Position numbers and translations under genes: made by a program. From the NCBI GenBank assembly GCA_963719315.1, contig CAVRBU010000001.1, positions 352,001 through 416,000 of the forward strand: a DNA stretch of 64,000 nt, given 5' to 3'. The notes beneath the pieces were generated by a model. That model saw nothing but the letters and a program-made list of their open reading frames with translations. It was not told where the DNA came from and ran no database searches. The stretch is from an uncultured Planctomycetota bacterium. GTDB lineage: Bacteria > Planctomycetota > Planctomycetia > Pirellulales > Lacipirellulaceae. Shown here in pieces: positions 19,850 through 30,341 of the stretch. Each line of letters begins with the position of its first letter. The first letter of the stretch is position 1.

Positions 19850-22438
19850 CTACTTTACGCTCGACCCGAATACATCACTCCGATTTACAGCTTGATTCTG
19901 CGAATTATCGCTATCAGTCGGCGTATCATCCGCATAGAACCGTGTGGTTTCCTCGGCGGCTAGCTTGATTTCCAGGTCGCGGCAGAGCACCTCGGCACGG
20001 AACACGTGCGTGCCAGGTTTCAACGCATGGGCCTGAATCCGCAGCACGACGTCGCGGCCGGCCGCAAGCTCTTCGATGGCCCGGAACGTAACGCGGCCGT
20101 CCGAAACCGTGTACATCGCGCCCTCGGCCTGCTCCGGTTCGATGCCCTCGGAGAACAGGGCGACGACGTTGATTTCCTTGGCCGAACTTGCGCCGCGATT
20201 GTGAATGCGGATCTCGTATATAGCCTGCGAGCCAACGGCAACCGGTCCTCTTGGGTCCACGACCTCGAGCTTCAAATCCGCAATCGCGACGACATTGGTT
20301 TCGGCCAGTTTGTCGGCGGTCAACTCGCCCTCGGCCGTGGCTGCCGTGATTTTGAGTCGGTTCGTACCGGGCATCTTCAAAACGCACTTCACTTCCATGT
20401 AATTGTCGTCGCCAGGAGCGAGCGTGCCGACGTGCCAGGCGACCTCGCGATGAACGGCGTCATACGTCTGGCCCTCGCTGGCACTGGTGAACTCGGCGCC
20501 ATCCGGCAACGCGGCGTGCACGGTTACCTCTTCGGCCGGAGCCGTTCCCGGATTACGAACGCGGACGAAATAAGTGGCCATTGTGCCGGCATACTTCGTG
20601 GCCGGCCCACGCCAATCGACTTCCAACTCCGGCTTGCGGCAGAAGATCTCCTTGGCGGCGTCGCACGATAGCCCGCCTTCGGCGGTCGCAATCGCTTTCA
20701 CGAACATCTTGCCGGCTTCCCGGGCCGTTAGCTCGACTTCGACCGTTTGGCTGGCGCCCGGCGCCAGATCTCCCAGCGGATGGCTGGTGACCGAGTCTTG
20801 TCCTCCACCCGGCGGCAATAGCTCGATCTTCACGTTTTCCGCAGGCCCGGTGCCTGGATTGGTGAGCGTGAGCTTGAACACCTGCGGCTTGTCGAAGAGC
20901 ACTTCGTTCGGCCCAGCGATATCAAGTTGCAACTTGGCTTCCTGCACCTCGACGATGGCCCTCGATCCGACCGGCGCCAGCGTCCACGAGATTCCCAACT
21001 CCAGCGGCCGACTTTCATGTGGCACCAGGCGAATTTCCAGCGTTTCGCTGGCGCGGTGATTGAGTCGCGTGAGCTGCCATTGCAGTTGGCCCTTCGTCGG
21101 GCCGTCCGGCGATGGCTGGACCATGCCCTGAGTGGCCGTTGTGTTCACGACCTCGGCGCCTGTGGGAATGCGAACCGTGGCGACAACGCCGTCGGCCGAG
21201 ACGTCGCTTTGATTCTGAAGCCGGACGCGATACACGGCTTCGCGGCCAACTTGTATTTTCTTCGGGCCCCGAATATCGGCGGTGAGAACGGGCGTTTGGC
21301 TGGAAACCAGGACGCTGGGGTCGCCACCGCTGGCCACTTGGAGCGCATCGCCGAAGGCTTCCTTGCCGCGGACGATTTGAGGCGCCGGCGTCGCCGTGCT
21401 CGTAAATGGCACGCGGACCGAATTGTTTGAACCGTAAGCCGACTTCGCGTGTTGAGCGGCGCCAAACGTGTCGCTTTCTTTGCGAATCGTCGGTTCTGTT
21501 GTCGGAGTCGTTGTTTGCGGCTGTTCCGCCATCGGCGCCTGCTTTTTCGGCCCAGCGAAGCTCTCTCTGGCAGCGTCGGTGGTCGGCAACGTCAGCGGAG
21601 AATCCGAGATGATCGCGTCGCCTTCCTCCTCCGAAACAGTCTCTTGCGACTGCGCTCGCTCATCCGCTTGGGCCGTCCGGGGCGTGGCTTCGCCCGAAGT
21701 CGCGGGGGCCGGGAAAGCCCCGGACAACTCCCGTCGCAACTCCTCAGGCGTGATATGGGGCGTTGTCCGTCGGCCGGGTGAATTTCGTGTCGGCGAGGTC
21801 GTGCCGGCGGCTGACGAAGCATTGGTTGGCGCCGCGATCGGTTCGCGGGATGCAGTGCGAACATTGCTCGTGTTCTGGCCGCCAAATGCTTGCGTTTTGC
21901 CTGGAAGCGAACGCGATGGCATGGCACTGGCCGAGCCAGCATTCGCCGGTTGATTGGTTCTGGGTGGCAACGGAGCACCGCCCAAACCGGGAAGCTCCGC
22001 CTCCTGCATCGTGGCTGGGTCCGGCGGAAGAGATTCGGATTGCGGGCCATCGATCGGTCGATTGTTCGTATTTGAATTATTGGTCGCAGTTCGCATTTGA
22101 TTCGACGGCTTCGCGACTCCCGTTCGGCCGGCATTGTTCTGCCCCGTTTTCGATGTGCCTTGCTGCGCAGGCTTTTCATTCCGCCAGCCGAACCAATTCG
22201 GCAGAAACGAATGCCCTGCGCTGGTTGAGGAGTCGACGAATTGCGTCGGCGCCGGCGAAACAACATACCGCGCACGGGAGTTCGCCGGGTCGATCGACTC
22301 ACGTGACCAACCTGGCCGTAAACCGGCCGCCCGCACGTCTGCCGGGGATGAATCGGAATAATCTTGGGCCAGCGTAGTGCTTGCCAATAATGTGCCTAGG
22401 ACGAGGCCGCTCGCAATCGCGAAACAGTGACGCGTCAT
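19850..22438 (-). CDS. Secreted protein with tandem DUF11 (OmcB-like Ig-fold) domains and a disordered N-terminal half
   Basis: Signal peptide; four repeats of the type Y/F-x-V/L-x-V-x-N-P-G-T-x-P-A-E-x-V. Confidence 0.8.
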   Translation of the reverse strand: MTRHCFAIASGLVLGTLLASTTLAQDYSDSSPADVRAAGLRPGWSRESIDPANSRARYVVSPAPTQFVDSSTSAGHSFLPNWFGWRNEKPAQQGTSKTGQNNAGRTGVAKPSNQMRTATNNSNTNNRPIDGPQSESLPPDPATMQEAELPGLGGAPLPPRTNQPANAGSASAMPSRSLPGKTQAFGGQNTSNVRTASREPIAAPTNASSAAGTTSPTRNSPGRRTTPHITPEELRRELSGAFPAPATSGEATPRTAQADERAQSQETVSEEEGDAIISDSPLTLPTTDAARESFAGPKKQAPMAEQPQTTTPTTEPTIRKESDTFGAAQHAKSAYGSNNSVRVPFTSTATPAPQIVRGKEAFGDALQVASGGDPSVLVSSQTPVLTADIRGPKKIQVGREAVYRVRLQNQSDVSADGVVATVRIPTGAEVVNTTATQGMVQPSPDGPTKGQLQWQLTRLNHRASETLEIRLVPHESRPLELGISWTLAPVGSRAIVEVQEAKLQLDIAGPNEVLFDKPQVFKLTLTNPGTGPAENVKIELLPPGGGQDSVTSHPLGDLAPGASQTVEVELTAREAGKMFVKAIATAEGGLSCDAAKEIFCRKPELEVDWRGPATKYAGTMATYFVRVRNPGTAPAEEVTVHAALPDGAEFTSASEGQTYDAVHREVAWHVGTLAPGDDNYMEVKCVLKMPGTNRLKITAATAEGELTADKLAETNVVAIADLKLEVVDPRGPVAVGSQAIYEIRIHNRGASSAKEINVVALFSEGIEPEQAEGAMYTVSDGRVTFRAIEELAAGRDVVLRIQAHALKPGTHVFRAEVLCRDLEIKLAAEETTRFYADDTPTDSDNSQNQAVNRSDVFGSSVK

Positions 22439-22595
22439 GATCGCATCCTTGCCATCAAGAAGAGAGAATCGTCGTCGGCGAGCTGGCAGCTTGGGGGGCT
22501 TAAGCGCGGTCCGACCGTGAATAGTCTGTCCAACTGTCGGTCGTATATCGGCCCGATCTGAACAACGAGTTTACCGATTCTGGAAAGAATTCCGG

Positions 22596-23687
22596 TTAAA
22601 CACTTTGGGGTACAAGAGAGACTTGGGGAATCTGCTGCCACTTGGGCGCTGAGCAGCGCGACATTTCGGGATTTTGAACGATTTCAAACCCTAAATCGCG
22701 GATCATTTGGTAGTCCGCTTCCGGAGATTGGCCCTTGGTCGTGAGATAGTCGCCCACGAAGATCGAGTTCGCCGCATACAGTGCTAGCGCCTGCATACTT
22801 CCCAGGTGCAGCTCGCGCCCACCAGCGATGCGAATCTCACGGTCCGGATTTACGAGCCGGAACATGGCCAGCACCTTCAGACAGTACCGCGGATTGAGAT
22901 CGCTGCGACCGGCGAGCGGCGTACCGTCGATCGGGTTGAGAAAATTCACCGGGATCGACTGCACGCCCAAATCGCGCAGCGTTATCGCCAGGTCGACAAC
23001 GTCCTGCCGTCGCTCGCCCATGCCGATGATCCCGCCCGAGCACATCTCCATACCCGCATCTCGCACGGCCCGGAGTGTGGCAAGCCGGTCGGCAAAAGAA
23101 TGGGTCGTGCAGATTTCGCCGTAGTAGGAATCACTCGTGTTGAGGTTGTGATTGACGCGATCCACGCCGCAGGCTTTTAGCTCGCGCGCTTGTTCAGGCG
23201 TCAGCAGGCCCAGGCAAGCGCAAATATTCAGGTTGTATTGCTGTTTGATCTCCGGCACGATCGTCGTGACGGCCCGCATCTCTCGCTCATTCGGACCACG
23301 GGCCGAGATCACGATGCAATACGTACGGGCAGCACGTTCTGCTGCCAGGCGGGCCCCTTCCAGCAGCTTGTCGCGACTGAGCAAATTGTAGCGCGGGATC
23401 TCCGCCTCGGAGACTTTCGATTGCGAACAATACGAGCAATCTTCCGGGCACAGCCCGCTCTTGGCGTTCATCAGAAAGTAGAGTTGCACCTCGTTGCCGA
23501 ACCAGCGGCGACGAACGCGATAGACGGCCGACATCAAATCGAGCAGCTCTTCGTCGGGGCACTCGAGCACCGATAACGCCTGTTCGTTCGATATCGAATC
23601 ATCGGCAAGCACGTCGTTTGTCAGTTGCTGCCACGGTGATTGTGGAATATCGCTGGAGGTTTCGGGAAAGGTGGTCGAGTGCGTCAC
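22596..23687 (-). CDS. bioB: Biotin synthase
   Basis: AKSGLCPEDCSYCSQS radical SAM motif, NHNLNT, CSGGIIGMGE, SIPVNFL and RIAGGRE. Confidence 0.97.
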   Translation of the reverse strand: MTHSTTFPETSSDIPQSPWQQLTNDVLADDSISNEQALSVLECPDEELLDLMSAVYRVRRRWFGNEVQLYFLMNAKSGLCPEDCSYCSQSKVSEAEIPRYNLLSRDKLLEGARLAAERAARTYCIVISARGPNEREMRAVTTIVPEIKQQYNLNICACLGLLTPEQARELKACGVDRVNHNLNTSDSYYGEICTTHSFADRLATLRAVRDAGMEMCSGGIIGMGERRQDVVDLAITLRDLGVQSIPVNFLNPIDGTPLAGRSDLNPRYCLKVLAMFRLVNPDREIRIAGGRELHLGSMQALALYAANSIFVGDYLTTKGQSPEADYQMIRDLGFEIVQNPEMSRCSAPKWQQIPQVSLVPQSV

Positions 23688-23869
23688 GTTGGCTCCGAAT
23701 CGCTGATGGATGGCCCAAATTACCAGTCAAATACTGAGGCAGAGGATGCTTTCGTAGTATCGCTACCGTCGCGGCAAACGCAAGAGGAACTGCTACCGGC
23801 GGCTGGCCACGAACCACATGCGGTCAAAACAAGCTTGGCATCCGGCGGCACTAAGGCGAAGATAAGAAT

Positions 23870-24436
23870 ATGTCGCGTTATCATCTAGTTCGAGTCGGGG
23901 CCATGGGCCAAGTCGGCCGCTTTGCAGCGGTCGATTCCGTTCGTTATCCCCGTCATAGTCGTGTGATTGTGCGCACGCGCCGCGGGCTCGAAGTGGGCGA
24001 CGTTCTCACCCCGCCCGATGACCGCGACGATGGCTCATCGTTTGCCGACGGCGACCTGTTGCGCGGCGTTACCGTGCAGGACGAACTGTTACAGGCCCGA
24101 CTCGAATCGAATAGACAAGAAGCCTACGCGGCCTGCACGGCGATGCTGAGCGCGAGCGGCATTTCCGCCACGCTCGTCGATGTCGAACATTTGTTCGACG
24201 GCCAAGGGCTGTTCTTCTATTTCCTCGGTGACGTGACGCCCGAACTTGCATCGTACACCAATCGACTTGCCGAAACGTATGAGGCCAAGGTGCAATTTCG
24301 CAAATTTACCGAAACGCTAATCGAAGGCTGCGGACCCGGGTGCGGCACCGAGGAAGCCAAAGGCAACGGCGGCTGCGAGTCATGCACGTCGTGCGCAGTT
24401 GCTAGTGCTTGCGGCACAAAAAAAGCTAGCGACTAA
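23870..24436 (+). CDS. PSP1 C-terminal-like domain protein with a Cys-rich tail
   Basis: VIVRTRRGLEVGDV, LVDVEHLFDG..FFYFL and C-terminal GCGPGCG...GGCESCTSC...C. Confidence 0.75.
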   Translation: MSRYHLVRVGAMGQVGRFAAVDSVRYPRHSRVIVRTRRGLEVGDVLTPPDDRDDGSSFADGDLLRGVTVQDELLQARLESNRQEAYAACTAMLSASGISATLVDVEHLFDGQGLFFYFLGDVTPELASYTNRLAETYEAKVQFRKFTETLIEGCGPGCGTEEAKGNGGCESCTSCAVASACGTKKASD

Positions 24437-24741
24437 CCTAGCGACGCCAAGAACTCGCTCATTTCGCCGGCCGCGTGATGATCGTTCTGAGTGGTCGCGG
24501 CCGTGATGCCGCTGCGGAGAATCGCGCGGGCATCATCGCTCCGCCCAAGTCGCGCGAGTTCCTGGGCGGCCATGAAGAATGCGGGCACGTACGGCGGGTC
24601 GTCGCGCGTGAGCTCTGCGAACTTCGTGAGGCTGGCCTCATGTTCGCCTACTTTGTCGAGCTCCATCGCTAAGCTGTATCGAAGGAACGTGTCGCTTGGT
24701 TCGTCGGCTAGCATGGCTTCGATCTTTTCGCGACGGCTCAT
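24433..24741 (-). CDS. Small tetratricopeptide-repeat protein
   Basis: PSDTFLRYSLAMEL, YVPAFFMAAQ and HAAGEMSEFL. Confidence 0.8.
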   Translation of the reverse strand: MSRREKIEAMLADEPSDTFLRYSLAMELDKVGEHEASLTKFAELTRDDPPYVPAFFMAAQELARLGRSDDARAILRSGITAATTQNDHHAAGEMSEFLASLG

Positions 24742-24774
24742 CGACTATCCTTGGAATTGAGCGGATTAATGCGC

Positions 24775-24801
24775 CACCGAGAACACCGAGAGCACGGAGG
24801 A
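24775..24801. repeat. Tandem 9-mer repeat
   Basis: CACCGAGAA CACCGAGAG CACGGAGGA. Confidence 0.6.
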
Positions 24802-24814
24802 ATCGAGCGATCGT

Positions 24815-25908
24815 TCACAGTTCACCGGTGATTTTTAATAGCGCGCCGAGTTTTTGTCGTTGTCGTGTCCTTCGCCGAGGACGGTGACGTAGAGCGCGCC
24901 GTCGGGACCGAACGCCAATGCGGTGGGACGGGCCGCTTCCGCGATTCTCACCGCGTCGCAAGCCGGCTTCCCAATTTCGCTCGCATCGTCGATGCGGTAC
25001 ACGCCGCCGCCAACTTTGCTCGGAGCAAGGTTGACCGCGTACAAATTGCCCGTCGTTGGGTTGTACGCCAACGCCGCTATGCGCTGCAACTTGGTCCCAA
25101 TTTCGAGAACGGTGCGACCATCGATGGGGCTCAAGTATTTCAACACGCTGGGCGCGTTCGATTGTGGGCCCGAATCGCAAGCGGTCACAACATATCCGTC
25201 ACTACCAACCGCCACACCGCTGACGGAATCACGGTGGTTGAAGTCATTGGTTCCCCGTTTGGCAACGACCAACGAGGCCGTGTCGCCAAGCGTGCTGGCC
25301 CGCACGGCAACCTTCCAGAGCCCAGCCGATTTAGTCTCCCCCATCGCGGCCATAACGAGTATATCGGCCACGCGATCGTTCGGGTGCGTTCGCGCGAGAT
25401 CGTGAAAGCAACTGACGCCCACTTTGTCCTTGTCGCCATTGCTCGGCAGTTCTACCTCCTGCTTCGACTCCTCAGCCTGAAGCGGAGCGTCCGATTCCGC
25501 TAAATCGTATAACCGCAGAAATGGTGTTCCAATTACTTCGCCGCCGGCTACGACCAACCGCGCGTGGTCGAGAAAAAAGAGCGAATAAACCCCGGGCTCG
25601 CCCTCAGTATGTTCTGTCTCTATGTTGTCCGTCGCAAAACCTCGGATAGCGTCGGCGGTTTTATCGGGCGTGCCGCTGTTGAATTGGAGGACTCGCCCTG
25701 CCCCGCGATCGGCCACAAACACCTCGTATTGCGAGCCGGCAGTTTCCGGTCGAACGGCGACGCCGTATGGCGCTCGCAAACCAGACAGCACGGTCTGTAC
25801 TTTTATCTTGGCGGCCGCTTCCTCAGCTCGGCTGGCTGTTGCCAGCGCCGCCGTAAGGGCGACTACGAAGAGATTGAACCAACCGCTAAGTATCCGTCGT
25901 TCGTGCAT
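24815..25908 (-). CDS. Secreted beta-propeller-like hypothetical protein; probable frameshift near 24850 (stop at 24835 as given, or ...GALLKITGEL* at 24815)
   Basis: Signal peptide from ATG 25908; PYGVAV, IAALAYNP and PTALAFGPDGALYVT blade-like motifs. Confidence 0.72.
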
Positions 25909-25913
25909 CAGTA

Positions 25914-26510
25914 TTAACCGGCGATCGCGTGCGATCGCTCGTATGCGGCGATCTTGTCTTCGTGTTCGAGCGTCAGACCGATGTCGTCCAGGCCGTGGAG
26001 CAGGCAATTGCGGCGGAAAGGCTCGATTTCGAAGACAAGCTCTAGGCCGTAGTCGTCGGAGAGTGTGCACGTTTCCAAGTTAGCTGTTAGATCATACTCA
26101 GGATACTTCGCATGACGCTGGAAAAGTTCTTCCACATGGTCTTCATGCAGCACGATGGGCAGCATGCCATTTTTGAAACAGTTGTTGTAGAAAATATCGG
26201 CAAAGCTGGGGGCCACAATCACGCGAATGCCCCAGTCCTGGAGTGCCCACGGGGCATGCTCGCGACTGGAGCCGCAGCCGAAATTGTGTCGCGTAATGAG
26301 CACACTGGCTCCCTTGGCCTTGGGATGATTGAGCTCGAACGCATGATTCAACGCCCCGTCCGGGTGCCGGGCCCAATCCCAGAACAAGAACTCGCCGAAG
26401 CCTGTCCGCTCAATCCGCTTGAGGAACTGCTTGGGGATGATCTGGTCGGTATCAACGTTGGCCCGGTCCATCGCCACAACGCGGCCGGTGTGTTTGGTGA
26501 AGGGTTTCAT
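25914..26510 (-). CDS. leuD: 3-isopropylmalate dehydratase small subunit
   Basis: NVDTDQIIPKQFLK, NFGCGSSREHAPWAL, SFADIFYNN and GLDDIGLTL. Confidence 0.97.
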   Translation of the reverse strand: MKPFTKHTGRVVAMDRANVDTDQIIPKQFLKRIERTGFGEFLFWDWARHPDGALNHAFELNHPKAKGASVLITRHNFGCGSSREHAPWALQDWGIRVIVAPSFADIFYNNCFKNGMLPIVLHEDHVEELFQRHAKYPEYDLTANLETCTLSDDYGLELVFEIEPFRRNCLLHGLDDIGLTLEHEDKIAAYERSHAIAG

Positions 26511-27229
26511 ATATCTCTTACTTCAAGCGTGTAGAGCCAGAGATCATTATCGTCCTTTTCTCTCAAGAGCCGAAAAGAGAGGCCAAAAGTTGGCGAGTTT
26601 AGCCATCCTTCCACCGGTTCGACCGCGACGTAACTATCCTCGCCATGAACGAGGATTTGAAAATCGAGGTCATCGTGTAGGGCGTCGACAAGCCAGTATT
26701 CGCCGATGCCGGCGACATAGTAGCCGTCGTGCAGGAGCTTTCTGTCCTTTCGAATGGAGCTGATACTAACAATTTCGAGTATCCAATCCGGCGTGCCGAC
26801 GAGCTCCTGCGCGACACCCGGACGCGGACTGTCGACGATTCGGCAGCGACCCTGTTGCAAAGTTTCGCGCCTAGCAAAAATTGCATCCGGCTCCGTTGAA
26901 ATGTTCGCCGCCTCGTTACTCAACAAATTTCGATCGCCGAACACGCGACCGAGCCGTAGGCGTTTGGCGAGATTGTATATCGCCGCGCTGATCTCCATTT
27001 TGACGGCGTTATGTGATTCGAAGTGCTCAGGACTCATTTCGATTATCAACTCGCCTGCGACGAAGGTGTAGTGACCGCGTGTCGGAAACTCCCCGGACAA
27101 GGCCCAGTCGCGAAATCCGCGCAGAGAGTAGGCCGACTTCGGAATGGAAATCGCTTTAGAATCACCGATTGGAAACAAGGTGATTAATGGGCAGGGTGCC
27201 GCGGCAGATTCGGTGGTCGCAGTTGCCAT
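26507..27229 (-). CDS. Uma2 family (DUF820) putative endonuclease
   Basis: GELIIEMSP..H, EPDAIF, PDWILEIVS and YYVAGIGEYWLVD. Confidence 0.9.
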   Translation of the reverse strand: MATATTESAAAPCPLITLFPIGDSKAISIPKSAYSLRGFRDWALSGEFPTRGHYTFVAGELIIEMSPEHFESHNAVKMEISAAIYNLAKRLRLGRVFGDRNLLSNEAANISTEPDAIFARRETLQQGRCRIVDSPRPGVAQELVGTPDWILEIVSISSIRKDRKLLHDGYYVAGIGEYWLVDALHDDLDFQILVHGEDSYVAVEPVEGWLNSPTFGLSFRLLREKDDNDLWLYTLEVRDI

Positions 27230-27241
27230 ATCTTGAGTATT

Positions 27242-28652
27242 CTAACTCCATTCCCTCACATCCACAAAATGCCCCGCACACGCCGCCGCTGCGGCCATGG
27301 CGGGCGAGACGAGGTGCGTGCGGCCGCCGCGGCCTTGGCGGCCTTCGAAATTGCGATTGGAGGTTGAGGCACATCGCTCACCGGGTTCGAGCTTATCGGG
27401 GTTCATCGCCAGGCACATGCTGCAGCCGGCCTCGCGCCATTCGAAACCGGCCTCTTTGAACACACGGTCGAGCCCCTCTTTCTCCGCCTGTTGCTTTACC
27501 AGACCGCTGCCCGGGACGACCATCGCATTTACGTGACCGGCCACCTTGCGACCATGGATGATCGATGCAGCGGCGCGAAGGTCTTCGATCCGCGCGTTCG
27601 TGCACGAGCCGATGAACACGCGGTCGAGTTGGAGATCGCAAATCGCTTCGCCGCCGGCGAGGCCCATGTAATCGAGGGCGCTGGCCGCGGCTTTTTGCAC
27701 ATTCGGGTCTCCGAACTCGGCCGGCTTGGGGATGCGCCCGGTGACGGGCGCTGACCTGCCCCGGATTCGTGCCCCACGAAACTTGGGGTGCGATCTTTGC
27801 ACCGTCGAACGCGAGGGACTTGTCGAATTTGGCGCCCGCATCCGTCGGCAGCTTTCGCCAGCGGGCAACGGCCCGGTCGAACTCAGCGCCTTGGGGTGCG
27901 TGCGGTCGGCCGCGGAGATACTCGTAGGTCGTATCGTCCGGCGCGATGAGGCCGGCCCGCGCGCCACCCTCGATCGACATGTTGCAAACCGTCATGCGGT
28001 TTTCCATCGAAAGCGACCGAATGACCTCTCCAGTGTACTCCACGCAGTACCCCACGCCGCCACTCGTGGTGATCTCGCCGATGAGGTACAGAATGACATC
28101 TTTCGCGGTGACGCCCGGTCCCATTCGGCCATCGACGCGCAGCTCCAAAGTCTTGGCTTTCGATTGCAGCAGCGTCTGCGTCGCCAGCACGTGTTCGACT
28201 TCGCTCGTGCCGATCCCAAACGCCAGCGCCCCGAACGCGCCGTGCGTCGAAGTGTGGCTATCGCCGCAGACGATCGTCATACCGGGCTGTGTGTAACCCT
28301 GCTCGGGACCGATAACGTGGACGATGCCCTGCCGCGGGTCGTGGATGTCGTAGAGCGTGATGCCGAATTCGCAGCAATTATTGCGGAGCGTATCGATCTG
28401 CTGCTTCGAGATCGCGTCGAGGATCGGCAGGCTGCGATCGGTCGTCGGCACGTTGTGGTCAACCGTCGAAAGTGTGCGCTCAGGCCGCCGCACCGTGCGA
28501 CCCGAAAGGCGCAGGCTTTCGAACGCCTGCGGGCTGGTGACTTCGTGCACCAGGTGCAGGTCAACGTACAGAATCGCCTGCCGGCCTGGCTCATCGTAGA
28601 CGACGTGTTCGTCCCAGATCTTTTCGAACAGAGTGCGCGGTTTGATACTCAT
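27242..28652 (-). CDS. leuC: 3-isopropylmalate dehydratase large subunit; apparent 1-nt frameshift near 27752
   Basis: N-part [22 protein letters not shown] and WGTNPGQ; C-part in another frame [23 protein letters not shown] and [12 protein letters not shown]. Confidence 0.95.
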
Positions 28653-28727
28653 CTTTCCCCTTCTCAAAGCTTAACTAGCAATTTTAGCTTCGATTGGGCG
28701 GCAAGGGAACGCTGCCGCCTAGCTACA

Positions 28728-28809
28728 GGTTGTGCGTGGGCTGCCGACCCCGCACCGATGAGACCTGGCGGTCGACATTTACGGCAGGGTCAGGAGACCC
28801 GCGCCAAAC
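28728..28809. repeat. REP-like palindromic repeat, copy 1 (degenerate, shortened)
   Basis: GGTTGTGCGTGGGCTGCCGACCCCGCAC...GGGTCAGGAGACCCGCGCCAAAC; matches copies at 58827 and 63537. Confidence 0.8.
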
Positions 28810-28814
28810 GTGTC

Positions 28815-30341
28815 CTACCGATTCGCCGGCATCCGGCCCGATTTACGGATTTCGTCCAGCAACCTCGACAGCTCCCTAACCTTTTCCGGATGTTGGACAG
28901 CCACGTTCTTCGATTCGCCCAAGTCGTCGGCCAGATTGTACAACTGGCCAACTTCGTTGCCCGTGCCGCCCTGTTTGGCGTTCGGCCGCGGCGAGTTGCT
29001 GGCTTCAATGAGCTTCCAATTCCCTTGCCGTACCGCGATCGAGTTGCCCTGCTCGACGAGTTGGTCCCGGCCGTGCTGCGTCTCTCCCAATAGAGCCGGC
29101 AGCACATTGACACTGTCGGGCGCTGCCTGGTTCGGCAGTTTCTGATTCGTGAAAGCGGCCAACGATGCGAGCAGATCGATTTGGCACACCAGCGCATCGG
29201 TTTCTTTGCCGGCCGGCACGTGCTTCGGCCAACGCACGATGAATGGCACCCGCGTGCCGCCTTCCCAGACCGTGCTTTTGCCGCCGCGGAGCGGGCCGGC
29301 CGGTTTGTGCGACCCGTTTTTCTCCACGGCATCATCCAGATAGCCATCGTTGAGCACGGGTCCGTTGTCGCTCGTCAATATCACGAGCGTATTATCGGTG
29401 AGTTTCAACTCCTCCAGAGTGCTCAGTAACTGACCGGTCGACCAATCGAATTCGACAATGGCATCACCTCGAGGACCGAGCTTGGTCGCGCCGCGAAATC
29501 GCGGATGGGGCACGCGCGGCACGTGGATATCGTGCGTGGCAAAGTACAAGAAGAACGGCTTGTCGCGATGACTGTGGATGAAACCGACCGCTTGTCGGGT
29601 GAGCGTGTCGGCGATGGTTTCGTCTTTCCAGCGTGCCGCCTTGCCGCCCGCCATGTAACCGATGCGGCTAATGCCGTTGATGATCGTCTTGTCGTGTCCG
29701 TGAGCGAGCTTCATCGTGAGCAAGTCGGGGCGTTCGGCGCCCGTCGGTTCATCGCCAACTTTTTTCTGATAGTCCACCCGGATCGGATCGGCCGGATCGA
29801 GGCCGGCGACGCGATGATTCTCGACGTAAACGCAAGGCGTGCGGTCGCCGGTGGCCGGAATGATGTAGCAATAATCGAAACCAAGTTCGAGCGGCCCCGG
29901 CTTGAGTTCGGCATTCCAATCGGGCCGCTCTCGTCCAAGTCCCAGGTGCCATTTGCCGACAACGGCGGTCGAATAGCCGGCATCATGCAGCATTGAAGCC
30001 AGCGTAACGCGGCTAGAATCGATGATCAGCGGCGCGACTCCGGGCAGGATACCGGTTCCTTTTTTCCGCCAGGCGTATTCGCCCGTCAGCATGGCGTACC
30101 GCGATGGCGTACAGGTCGCCGCGGCCGAGTGGGCATCGGTAAAACGCAAACCTTCCCGCGCGAGGCGGTCGATGTTCGGCGTTTTGACTTCTGTGGCGCC
30201 GTAACAGCCGACGTCGCCATATCCGATGTCGTCCGCGTAGATGAGCACGATATTCGGTCGATCGGCGGCGCCCGCGTACGAATGTACGAACAGCAGGACG
30301 AACAAACAGGTGGCCAGAAATTTCAAACGGTTCCGAATCAC
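28815..30341 (-). CDS. Arylsulfatase (Cys-type formylglycine sulfatase), secreted; likely start GTG 30341
   Basis: RPNIVLIYADDIGYGD, CTPSRYAMLTG, GKWHLG, TSDNG and WEGGTRVP; start overlaps the upstream stop (GTGA). Confidence 0.95.
   Translation of the reverse strand: MIRNRLKFLATCLFVLLFVHSYAGAADRPNIVLIYADDIGYGDVGCYGATEVKTPNIDRLAREGLRFTDAHSAAATCTPSRYAMLTGEYAWRKKGTGILPGVAPLIIDSSRVTLASMLHDAGYSTAVVGKWHLGLGRERPDWNAELKPGPLELGFDYCYIIPATGDRTPCVYVENHRVAGLDPADPIRVDYQKKVGDEPTGAERPDLLTMKLAHGHDKTIINGISRIGYMAGGKAARWKDETIADTLTRQAVGFIHSHRDKPFFLYFATHDIHVPRVPHPRFRGATKLGPRGDAIVEFDWSTGQLLSTLEELKLTDNTLVILTSDNGPVLNDGYLDDAVEKNGSHKPAGPLRGGKSTVWEGGTRVPFIVRWPKHVPAGKETDALVCQIDLLASLAAFTNQKLPNQAAPDSVNVLPALLGETQHGRDQLVEQGNSIAVRQGNWKLIEASNSPRPNAKQGGTGNEVGQLYNLADDLGESKNVAVQHPEKVRELSRLLDEIRKSGRMPANR

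Noticed and set aside
27726..29093. 455-aa + strand ORF, and similar long ORFs such as 6047-7033, 3757-4602 and 62396-63439
   Set aside because: Antisense shadows of well-supported genes in GC-rich DNA, with no recognisable motifs.
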